DNA of 63,202 bases, filler included, from Reclinomonas americana ATCC 50394 (lineage: Eukaryota), in assembly GCA_048213135.1 (NCBI GenBank). It is 6 parts of 3 records of this genome, joined end to end, with 100 filler letters (N's around TTAATTAATTAA, not from the genome) between each part and the next. Parts side by side here need not be neighbours in the genome. Positions count along the whole stretch, not along the records: positions 45,171 to 63,202 come from PS015238.1; 5 more parts are not named here. One strand, given 5' to 3'. Within the stretch, counting starts at the first letter, position 1. Every line of letters starts with the position of its first letter. The notes below the pieces were generated by a model. It was not told the DNA's origin, searched no databases, and saw only the letters and a list, made by a program, of their open reading frames with translations. Shown piece after piece: positions 49,874-60,700 of this stretch. A program made the translations under genes and the position numbers.

Positions 49874-52800
49874 ATGCGCTGCGCCTTGCTCCTCGCAGTG
49901 CTGCTCATATGCATCACTGCAGCAGCAGCAGCAGCAACGACGACTCCGCTCTCTGTGCAGCGACGACACGAAGCAATGAGTCGACGCGCAGAGTATAGCA
50001 GCAGCAGTGCGGATGATGATGATGAGAGTGACTCGGGGAGAGTGCACGGCACTGCGAGTGTGATGAACTTCCAGCCGCAGGTGTTGCCCATGAAGGCCAC
50101 TGGAGGCAACTCGTGGAGTGTCACGATCATTGGCACGGGGTGAGCTGCCGTGTGCACTCTACTCATTATTTCTCCTCGGAGTGTGTCATCATCTGCGTGT
50201 GTGTGCATGAAGGCTGCTGGTTGGCGACTCGATCAAGGTGGTGAATGTGACGGCGTCTTGTGCGGCGGCGGAGGCTGCGGGGACGATGGTGGTGCCGGGT
50301 GCGGTGAATGCCAATGCCACGCAGCATGTGTTTCAGTTTTCAGGCGCGCCTCCTGCGCAGGTTTGGTCGTCTCTGTGGTGGGAAAACGGTCGTTCGCGCC
50401 TCTCTCAGCGTGCATTCTCCGGTGCAGATGTATCATGTGTGTTACCAGTTTGACAAGACCACGACGTGGGTGCTGGTGTCAAATATTCCGCTAGAGACAC
50501 AGGTGTGTGGCGTTGGACAAGTACTGTGTGCGTGTACTGGTTTCTTGACGCGTCGATGTGCTCCAGGGAACGGTGTCCGTGTCGCCATCGATCATCATCA
50601 CCAGCGAGTGGCAGTACTTGACGGTGAAGGGAAACGGGTTCACCACCACTGACACATTCAAGTTTATCTCGGCCAATCCCGAGACCGACTGCACGAGCGA
50701 TGCGAGTGGTGCGTGCGTGCTCTCTATGTGTATGTGACGGTGGCGGTGTGTTGTAGCATGATATATCACACAAGCCTGGTCTCTTCTTTCACACAGCCGA
50801 TATCACCGTCAACCTGCAGGAGGTCAAGTCACCGCGAGAGATTATTCTAACTGTGGAGGCCACGGTTGCCGCCAAGCAGTACAAGGTAACTCGACGTCTC
50901 GTTGTTGTTCACTCTCCGTGAGAGTGCCTCCGTTCCTGAACGAGTGATGCAGATGTGCATTGTGTGGACGCAAGACATCACGAAGTGGTATCCCGTGCAG
51001 CAGAGCACCATTCAAGTGCTGGGTTGCGTACACCGCTGCTGCCCTTCGAGCTCGCCAAGTTTACCGACCTGTTCTCCATCCGCGCAGGCGAGATCGTGTC
51101 GATGTTCTATCCGCGCACTCTCGCGGTGAATGTGGCCTCGCAAATGACCATCCTGGGTCAGAAACTGTCGCCCATGACCAATCCCATTCGAGTCATTGAT
51201 CCATCCAAGGGCAACTGCGAGGTGGCCAATCCCACGGCCGAGCCGTCTGTCACTCTCGGTGCTCGTTGCGTAGCATTCAACGAGTTACACCTGTGCGACG
51301 ACGTTGTCAATCTTGTCTGCGTTTCCACGCAGTGAGTGCCACGACCGGCGGTATCACCGCCTCGCTCACCCCGAGCAAGCCCATGTCCATTCAAGTTTGC
51401 ATCCAGTGCGTTCGTTTCTGCCAGCCTCCCTCGTCGTACATGGTATTCACCTCGGCTGTTGCAGGTACACTGGCGTGCCAACGTGGGAGGCTCTTGATAC
51501 GTACGCCGACACGCCCGGAGACGATGTGACCGTGGTCGGTGCGCTATTCGCTGCTTGGGTCTCATCCCGTTGCTCTGACGTGACACTCACTGCATGTGTT
51601 GCAGCTACCATCAATCCATCAACAAATTCCACCACGCCGACCATTGTGCAGCGCTGGGCGAACACCGACATGGCCATCTACGGCACACAGCTTCTCGGTG
51701 CGTGCGCGCTCGCTGGTCATTTATTATGCGATCGCGCATCCTCTGATTTTTGCGCGTGCAGCCATGCAAGACCTTCGCGCGGTGGCGAGCTCGGTGAACT
51801 GCGCCATGACTCCGGATCCGACACCTGTCGCTGACGTGTCGTGTTGCACGGATTCGATAGACGTGGAAGACAAGCAGATTACCTTCCGCCTGACTGTCAC
51901 GGCTGCCCTCATGGTTAGAGAGTGGGGGAAAGGGGAGAGTGGGAGAAAGGGGCAGAGAGATAGAGAGAGAGAGTGAAGCAGTGATGTATGTGTGTGAGAG
52001 AGAGAAGTGCAGTGACATTTTCTTTTCCTTCTTCCTTCCTTTTCCTCCTCCCGCTCCTTGCGGTGCGACTCACACATCAGTTGCAGGACTTGCGTCTGTG
52101 CATCAAATACTCGGGCCAGGCCAAGTGGAGTGCCGTTGCTGGAGCTCACATTTTTGTCAATTGTGCGGCCTCGATCTTGATTGATGGTGTGTGTACGTGA
52201 TGTGCTCACACAGCATGTGGGTGCGCGTACAGCTCCATCTGTCACCGACTTTGCCCCGCACACGATCGATCAGAAGGCACAGGCTACACTCACCATTACT
52301 GTTGCGTACCTTGCTTGCAAGTTCGGTGGGTTCCACAGTCGCAAAACTCATCGACTCCACTCCTTTGCAGGGTGTCAACTTTATGCCTTCAGGTCAAGTC
52401 GTCAGCGCAGTGAAGCCCGGTCAGGCGTGCTCAGCCACCAATGCCGATGGTATCTTGTTCGGTGTTCCCAGGAGCGCCGACCCGCCTGGCCAGCGGTTGC
52501 TTGTCGACGTGCTGGCCACAGCTGCTCCGGGAACCACGTTCCAGCTGTGTATCAAGTGAGTGTATGTGCCTCGCCGCTCCATCTGCAACGGCGGTAGCTC
52601 ACGTTTTCCTGATGGAAAGATATGCATTGGCACCCAATTTTGCAACCTTGTCGACCACGCTGCTGCAGATTGCAGGTGCGTAATCACTTCTTGCATCCGT
52701 GTCTCATTTTCATATCGCTCATCGCTGAATAACGGCAGCACATGCGACGACGGGCATCAACCCCGCATTCGGGCCGGTCAACACGGCCACCGTGGTGTCG

Positions 52801-55378
52801 GTGTTGGGCTCCGGTCTCACCGGCGCCGTGCTGTCGGCTGTGAGTGCCACCAACAGCACCTGCGTCACCGCCAACCCCGTTGTACCGGTACGATCAGACG
52901 TGCCCTCCCTCCGTAGAATCTTCTTGTTGTTGCCAATCCGTGCATTGACAGGAGGGCGTCACTTTGACTGCATTGACACCGGTCTCCGACTCTCAAGTGG
53001 ACGTCACTGTGCAGAGCACTGTGGCCACCAGCATCCAGCTGTGCATTCGTATGGCCGGTGCCACCAACTATGCAGCTGTGACAGGTGGCGTGTTTGCGTT
53101 CCCCGAGGCTGTGACGTACAACGTCAGTCCGCCCGAGATCGGCGTCGGCGACACGTACACCATGAGTGTGTTTGGCAACATGTTCAGTCCGGCCAACACC
53201 ATCACGGTGGTTGGTTATTACGCCACATGTAGTCCACCGGTGACACCGGTGAGGCGCGCGTGAGGCGTACAATCTTATTTTTCGCGCAATGAGGCTGAGC
53301 TGCGTTTCCGGCAGAACACGATTGTTGTCTCCAACTTCCAGTTTGTCACCTCGTCGCTTCTCAAGCTCGACGTGGTCGCCGACGCAACCGGTCCGTTCAA
53401 GTTCTGCATCAAGCTGTCGACTGGGTGCGTCGGCACCGCTGCGCTGCATCATTCGCTCGTGTATGTGGCAGTGCTGACGCTCCTCGCAGCATCTTTACCG
53501 AGGTGTCGAATGGCAAGTTCGTGGTCGACATTCCGTCTCAAACGGCACCAGCTTTTCCGCTCCATCTCGGGTGCGTTGATGTGGCTGTAGTGGTGTCTTG
53601 CCGAGGGTTTCAGTGATGTGACAGGTGGGATGTGGGAGCGCAGTGTTAACGCACCGACGACGGTCACCGTGTACGGCAAGAATCTGGTGCAATTGGACTC
53701 GGAGATGCGTGCATTGCCACAGGGCGCACTGTGCGATGGGCACGATAATCCCACCGCTGATCCCAGTGTCACTGTTTCCACGCTGGTGTTGAGTCAAACT
53801 GGTGCCATGTTCACGGCCACCGTCACGGCCGCCAAGGTGGACTCGTTTGTGCTGTGTGTCCGCCTGGCTCCACTCTTTGTGTGGGCCACTGTCATGGGAT
53901 CACCGGTGCGTCGCCAGGTCGTTGTCCTTTGCGTGTAGCATCTTTGCTTCTCACGATTGGGTGTGACGTAGCTGGTGGTGGAGACGCCCGCTGTCAGCAA
54001 CATTGTGGCGATACCGATGGCCACTGGCATTCCGAACTACGTGACGATTGCCGGCGCCGGACTTAGTGCCGTGTCGCAGTTCGTTGTCGTCGATCTGGCG
54101 ACACGCGCCACGCATGCAGCCGCAGCACCATCGGTGTGCGACAACCCAGTGCAGACCGGCAAGGTGGAGGTGCTCAGCAAGTCATTACTGCCGACGTACG
54201 AGCTGGTGATGAGTCTCGTGCCCAGCGTGGTACGTCGTCGCCTCGGTCGCTTGCACTGGCGTTTTGTTGGCGTTTCCCTCATTTCTTCCTCTTGTACCGC
54301 GTGACCCAGTCTGGCACATTTGCCATGTGCATTCGGTTCAGCGGTGGCTCGCCCATGGCAACCGAGCTCCCGGGCACCATTTCTTCGCTCGGTTTGTTAC
54401 CCCTCTTTTTCTTCAAGAATTACTATGCCTGGTGCTCACCGCCCTCGCAGTGCCGAGTGTGGCGTCATTCAATCCGGCAATCACCTTTAGCTCGCCGTCG
54501 TTTGGCCACTTGTTCACCATTGTTGGTCAGGCGTTGCGTGCCAGCAACCGCCTGGTGGTGGTGGATTCGTCGTCGGACTGCTCGTTGCCGTCGTTTGCTC
54601 CCGGTGTCTCCATCAAGACGTCACCCGTCATCAACGGCGACGGCTCCATGATGTCCTTCCCGCTGGTGGTGTCGCTGCCGGGCACCTACCAAGTGTGCAC
54701 CCTGCTCGGTGCCGACACCAAGTGGACCATGGTGCCTGGTGGCCCACTTGCGGTCTCTCGTTGCGTCGCTTCCCTCTCGACAGTCTTCTTCCTCCACGCA
54801 CGAGCTGACAGCAGGCACTGGCAATCAGCGCTGGCGGTCAACGATTTCATGCCCAAGGCGATTGATGCGGGCACCACCACGGCAATCACCCTCTCGGGTT
54901 CAGGGCTGAAGGCCTCGGATGCCGTCCGCGTCATCTCCTGGTCCAATGCCTGCGTCGGCACGAGCATTTCGAATGCAGGTGGCGTCACCGTCGGCACCCA
55001 GGGTGAGTGGCGCGACTGGAGTGCGCGTTTTCCTTGTCTCTCTGTCCTGTTCGCGTCTCTCAACACTGCGCACTCGCAGTGGTTGCACGCGACGGCTTGA
55101 CGGAGACCGTGCAGATCACCGCCACCAATGTCGGCGTGTATCGCATCTGCCAGCGCAACGAGGAGCTGTCCGAGTTCGGCACCGTCCTGGGCGGGCAGCT
55201 GGAGGTGCAGCCGCCACCAGGCGCGCTGAGCGGCGCCAAACTCGGTCTCCTCATCGGCTTCACCGTCGGCGGCGTGCTCCTCGTCGCCATTGTCGTGGTG
55301 GTTTTGATTGTGCGTGCACGCCGACGCCGACGCCTCGCGTTGAGCAGCACCGACATGGGCGACTACGCCAACTTGTGA
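49874..55378 (+). CDS. Large type I membrane protein with repeated IPT/TIG-like beta-sandwich modules
   Basis: Signal peptide MRCALLLAVLLICITAAAA. Repeated units begin 'V..F.P' and contain 'T(V/I).G..L', a Cys, and end in 'Y.(L/V)C(I/V)'. C-terminal TM LGLLIGFTVGGVLLVAIVVVVLIV, then RARRRRR and a short tail ending DYANL. Confidence 0.75.
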
Positions 55379-55482
55379 CACACCGTTATAACGAGAAGCG
55401 TAGTAGATACAATAAAGGGCATAGACAACAGAGAGAGAGAACGAGAAGAGTAGAAATCTCCATGGGCATTGCACATGGAAGG

Positions 55483-56324
55483 TCAACTTGCCGGCGAAAC
55501 CGCATCTGCGGGAGAGGGTTCTGATGGTGGCGGAATCCCCGACTCCACCACAGTCGCCGTGACAGCAGTGGTCACCGGTGCAGAGATGACTGTCGTCGTC
55601 GCCGCCGCCACTGGTACTGCCTGCACGTGAACAGGCTGGTGTGCTGCCACTGGTGGTGGCAGCGGTGGTGGCAGGTGCGCTGCCGCACCAAACAGACTCG
55701 CATACGCTGGCATGCCCGCGATCAGTCCAAGCATTGGCGAACTGCCGCCACACAGCAGGGAGTGAGCTCTTTCATCATCATCTCTCTCCATACTTTCTTC
55801 ACATCGCACCTCATATAGGATGACAGTGACATGGCATGTGATGGCGAAGGCGAGGTCGGTGATGGCGCGACTCCTCCATTGGCCTTGGCTGCCTCTCTGC
55901 GCGCGCGCGTGTGTGTAAGTGTGACATGGACGCTCTCTCTCTCCACACACACACTCTCTCTCTCTCGCAGGGCGCACGCAACTCTCTGAAGATGACCACC
56001 AGCTGCTCGACAATGTCGCGAGTCTGAGAATGTGTGTGAGTGTGTGTGTTGGGTGTCAGTGATGCGTCAGCACTGGGGAGTGTGTGAGTCAGGTCCAAGA
56101 TGACAGTGCGGTGTGTCACTACTCACCGGCATGTTGCCCTTCAGTCCGCGACTCTTGCCCAACCTGCACACATAGAGGGAGACAAGGAGAGGAAGAGGAA
56201 GGAGAGCGTTAGTCTCTCTCTCTTGCTTATCACTTGCGCGCGCACACTCTTACTTTTGCAGGTCGCGGCGACTGAGTGCCGCCAGCTCCGGCCGTGTGTA
56301 CACCTTGTCAGTGTCGACACCCAT
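55483..56324 (-). CDS. Small protein with an N-terminal SAP/HeH-like DNA-binding motif (NuSAP N-terminus-like)
   Basis: Spliced MGVDTDKVYTRPELAALSRRDLQKLGKSRGLKGNMPTRDIVEQLV matches the L..L.R.DLQ.L.K..GL.AN pattern, followed by a Pro/Ala-rich tail. Confidence 0.6.
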
Positions 56325-56475
56325 GCGCAACGACGACGAGAGTGTTGGGTTGATTTGTGAAGAACTGTGCTTCCCGCGCGACACGAGGCAAACCCCTTCC
56401 AACTCTTTCATTTCTCCACCGTGCGCGCGCCCTCGTTAGACAAGTGGGGGGCGTCAGCCTCAAGCAGATCGCAAC

Positions 56476-56892
56476 TTACTCGTCATCGGCGCCCTTGCCC
56501 TTCTTCTTCGGCAACAGCGAGCCGTGAATGTGCGGAATAACGCCACCCTGTGCAATGGTGACGTTCTTCAGCAGCTTGTTGAGCTCCTCGTCGTTGCGTA
56601 CGGCCAGCTGAATGTGACGCGGCACAATGCGCGACTTTTTGTTGTCGCGAGCGGCGTTGCCGGCGAGCTCGAGGATTTCGGCGGCGAGGTATTCGAGCAC
56701 CGCGGCCAGGTACACGGGCGCACCGGCGCCAATGCGCTCGGCGTAGTTGCCCGACTTGAGGAAACGAGCCAGACGACCGACAGGGAACTGCAAGCCGGCA
56801 CGCGCCGAACGTGACACGGCACGCGACTTGTGCTTGGGTGCCGAGGAACCAGAGGAGGAACCCTTGCTCGCCGGCATGCTCTTGGAGGCCAC
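56476..56892 (-). CDS. H2A: Histone H2A exon (preceded by a splice acceptor; internal ATG at 56877)
   Basis: [14 protein letters not shown]...[62 protein letters not shown]. An acceptor TAG ends at 56893 and there is no in-frame stop between it and the ATG. Confidence 0.97.
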   Translation of the reverse strand: MASKSMPASKGSSSGSSAPKHKSRAVSRSARAGLQFPVGRLARFLKSGNYAERIGAGAPVYLAAVLEYLAAEILELAGNAARDNKKSRIVPRHIQLAVRNDEELNKLLKNVTIAQGGVIPHIHGSLLPKKKGKGADDE

Positions 56893-56944
56893 CTACGCAT
56901 GCAACAGTAAGCCGGCCGCACACGCCACAATAGAAAAAGACAAC

Positions 56945-56995
<51 letters not shown>

Positions 56996-56999
56996 GTAC

Positions 57000-57605
57000 G
57001 TGGNNNNNNNNNNNNNNNNNNNNACGAATGAGCGGTCCTGCACGTGCCGTGAGAGGGGCGCAATAGCAAAGGAGGCAAAACAATCATCCCCCCTCCTCAG
57101 CACGAACCAAACTCGGCCTCGCTGATCGCTCCACTGTGATCGCGGTCGAGTGCGTCAAACTCTGGCGTGGCATCGCGAATGAGCAACATGCGAGACGAGG
57201 AAGACAGTGTGTCACGTGATGCGCAACTGGCTCGCAGAACGGTCGCGTTGGGCATCTGACTGGCCGGCACCTTCAGCGACGAGCGCATAAAGTCGGTCAC
57301 CAACTGCACTCACAAAGAACATAAACACACCACAGTCAATGAATCAATCATCATCACTCGTCGGGAAAACACACAATGTGTGCGAGAGAGAGAGAGTAAC
57401 TGCAGCAAACTCGTCATAGTCGAGCGCCTTGTTCAAGTCGCGGTCGGCGTCTTGGAAGAAGGCATGGACGGTCTTGCGGAAGGTGTTCTCACTGTGTGAG
57501 TGTGAGTGAATGTGAGTGAGTATGCAAGACAAAGGTTGATGTTGTTGTCTTTCTCAACTCGCGCAGCACGTCGGCAATCTCTTGCGGGAGTTTACGGTTT
57601 GCCAT
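57000..57605 (-). CDS. Two-EF-hand calcium-binding domain (5 exons), apparently spliced onto the H2A exon
   Basis: Exons 57605-57559, 57491-57401, 57303-57228, 57161-57108 and 57037-57000 give MANRKLPQEIADVLRDENTFRKTVHAFFQDADRDLNKALDYDEFAALVTDFMRSSLKVPASQMPNATVLRAKFDALDRDHSGAISEAEFGPLIR. The EF loops are DRDLNKALDYDE and DRDHSGAISEAE. Confidence 0.85.
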
Positions 57606-57700
57606 GATGAATGGTGTGGAGGAGTGGGGAGAATGCACGCAAAAGATCGCAAAAGCCGGCCCTTGACAACGAAGCGGGACATAAACATTGTGACATTCGT

Positions 57701-60700
57701 TCATTCGCTCGTCACCGCGTTGGAGACACGGAGGCATGACTGTAGTACTCGGATCGGTTGGTTATCCACTGCGTGAGGTCGGTGAGCAGCGCCGCGCACT
57801 CCACAGCCTGTCATGAGACGAGTGAGACAACTCTTAACGTCGCACTGGCCAAACAAATAAGTTACCATGCCCAGTTCGGTGGCAAACTCGAGTTTAACGG
57901 TGCCTTGTGGTGTGCCGGCGACAGGTGGGGCGCGGCACTCGATCTGCAAGCGGGTAGACTCCGGGGCCGCCCACGACACCAGGTTGCTCATTTCGATTTC
58001 CAGTCGCTCGACGTGAATGCATGGCGTGCGCAAGGCATCCCGCGGGTCGGGTTCCAGCCGAATGGTGAGCAGATTCTGGTGGGGAGACACCGCAGACGAC
58101 GGTTAAATGCGTAAGGTGAGCTGGCAGTCACCATCGGCAGCACAAACCAGAGCACGCATGGAAATGGCCAGCACAATGTCTTCCTCGACGCAGAAACTCA
58201 GATTGCTGCGCACACATGCTTCACGTTACGCACCGCAAGCACAGCATAAAGCACCACCATCATCTCACCGCTGTGGAGGAGGAGGAGAAGGGGACAGAGG
58301 CAGTGAGTGGACAGTAGAGTGTGGCGGTGACGACAATCGGAAGATCTCACCGCAAAGAAAAAATGCGATCCGTATGCGTCGCACTGTTGGAACTCGAGAA
58401 TGATCTGCACAAGTAACGTATCACAATCAACTCGAAGGCAACATGGAAGACAATGATCTCACTAAGACACCTCTCGTTGCAATGAGCGCGTGAACTGCGT
58501 GACGTGTCTCTCCAGTTCCAGTTGCAGAATCGAACGGGTGCACGAGTCACCGTAGATCGACTGTGAGAGGCAAAGTGCGCGGTGTCAGTCTTCCACAGCC
58601 GCTCACACGTCTGCTTCAATGGCTACGTGCCTTGGAGTGAGCCTCCTCACCACCCTCCGACAGACCCTACAACGCAATCAAGTTACTGGTTGAGACATCA
58701 AACAATTCTTTGTCGCATAGACGTACCTCACTCACACCGCGCGCCGCAGCAGCGTCCTGCAACCATTCACACTGAGCACAAGCTGCGCAGCACCATATAC
58801 AAGCAAGTGCTGACATACCAATGCCGCCTTCACTCGTCTCCTTTCACGTGCAATCTGCGCCTCGCTGGCATCCACATCGTCGACAATGGTCACCGTGCGT
58901 GCCGATCTGTGCAGCAATAAAGAAGGTGAACACATGCAGCGCTCGCGCATGCGTGACACGACAAGGCTGCCATGCATACCGAGGCTGCCGTCACCAGAGA
59001 CAGCAGGGGAGTGAGTGCTAGATAGCGAAAAAAGGCACACTTTGCAATGCAACACACACCGAAGGGCCCCAGGGTCCGGCCATAATCAGCGACGCCGCTG
59101 TCGGTCTGGAGAGCTGTGCAGGCATGCGCTGATTGTCAGGCACTGTTGCCATGGTGGTATGCCAAGTGCATACAGCAGTACTCACTTCCTCAGCCAGCTG
59201 CCTCATCACTGGACTCATCGGCATCTCCACCTCCATGTCGAGCAGGCGGTCAGGCAGTGCTGCCAGAATCGGGATCTGTGTGCGTGTGGAGATAGTGAGA
59301 AGAAGAACATAGATGGCGAGGCAGCCTCAACGCAACGATGCTGCGCTGCTCGCCTCGGCGCTACACAGCGGATGTGTGTAAGTATTAACTCACGAAACAA
59401 GGAGGAGAACGACACGAACAACGACTTACTGCAAGCGAACGCGGAGACAGTCTGGCAACCTGTTGCGAGTGATACAACGTGAGCAACGCTGCTGCGTGGC
59501 AACACAGTGTACCATCTCTCTCTGCCGCCCACACACCATATCCTCGAATCGATCCTCGGCGTCGGTTCGCGAGGATCGCGGAGACGGTGGCCCGCGCGCG
59601 GCAGCAGCCAAATCGCGCGACGACCCACGGTGACTCGGCCGCTGTCGCCACACCTCCAGCTCATGTCGCAATTCGTCCACAAACTGCGGACCCCAGCCAC
59701 CGTCTTGTCGAATCTGCGACATGATGATGAGCGGAGGGGTCTACCCTTCTCTCGCCATCGATGCACAGACACACCTTGCGCAGCAGTAGATCACGCAGTG
59801 GTTCAGCCAGGCGCTTGATCTGCTTGGTCAGCAGTCGCCAGTGAGCCTCCCAACGCACTGTGGCGGCAGTATCCGCAGACAATGGGGGCCTCCGAAGCGG
59901 GTGGAACGACGGCAACAACTCCATGAGAACGTGACGAGCAGATCGACGGACAGCTTTCCACAGGCCCGGATCCATCATGGCACCCTCCACTTCGCTGTGC
60001 GACACGGAACAACAGTGTCAGTACGCACACAGGTGACATTCTCACGAGAGCCACGCGTACCCCAGTGTGTCCAACTGAGCAGTCGGCAACAGTCGGAAGA
60101 ACAGTGGCAGTGTTTGGCAGGTGACAATGAGGAGAATCATGTCGTTGTTCACGATATGTGAGTCCTGTAACAAGCACACAGGAGGTAAGACGCAGGATTA
60201 TCATGGACTCGAAGCATGTCGTGCACTCACCAGATAGAGTCCACTGACCCAGTCGCGTACAAGCTGCGAGAAGAGAATGTAGACTCCCGGGTCGTCGAGA
60301 GACACGTAGTGTCGTGCCAGTGACTCGGGCTGACCGCCGACCATGTCCAACATGTCGCACTGCCGGCAGACCACTTCTTGCATGTGTCGCCGTGCCGACA
60401 ACAGCGACATCACTGTCTCCTTATTCTGTTGGTCCGCTGCAGCGTTCTGCAGCATCCACTGATAGTACCAGTCGAGTCCATACACTGGAATCGGAGGCGA
60501 AGAGGGCGGAGGTGGTCGTGGCGGCGGTGATGCGTCACGACGGCGCCCTCGAGGCGACATTGGCGGAGGAGATGGTGCTGCTCGAACCGCCGGTCGCCAT
60601 GCGCTCTGCGAATGGCACGTGTGAGATTCTCCCTTCGTGAGTCAGTGAGTGAGCGAGCGCGAGAAGCCGACCATGGTGACGGGCACCAGCGCCGCCTCGG

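Noticed and set aside
56400-56475. Possible histone 3' stem-loop downstream of H2A
   Set aside because: No match to the canonical GGYYYTTTTHARRRCC hairpin. The gene has introns, consistent with a polyadenylated variant.
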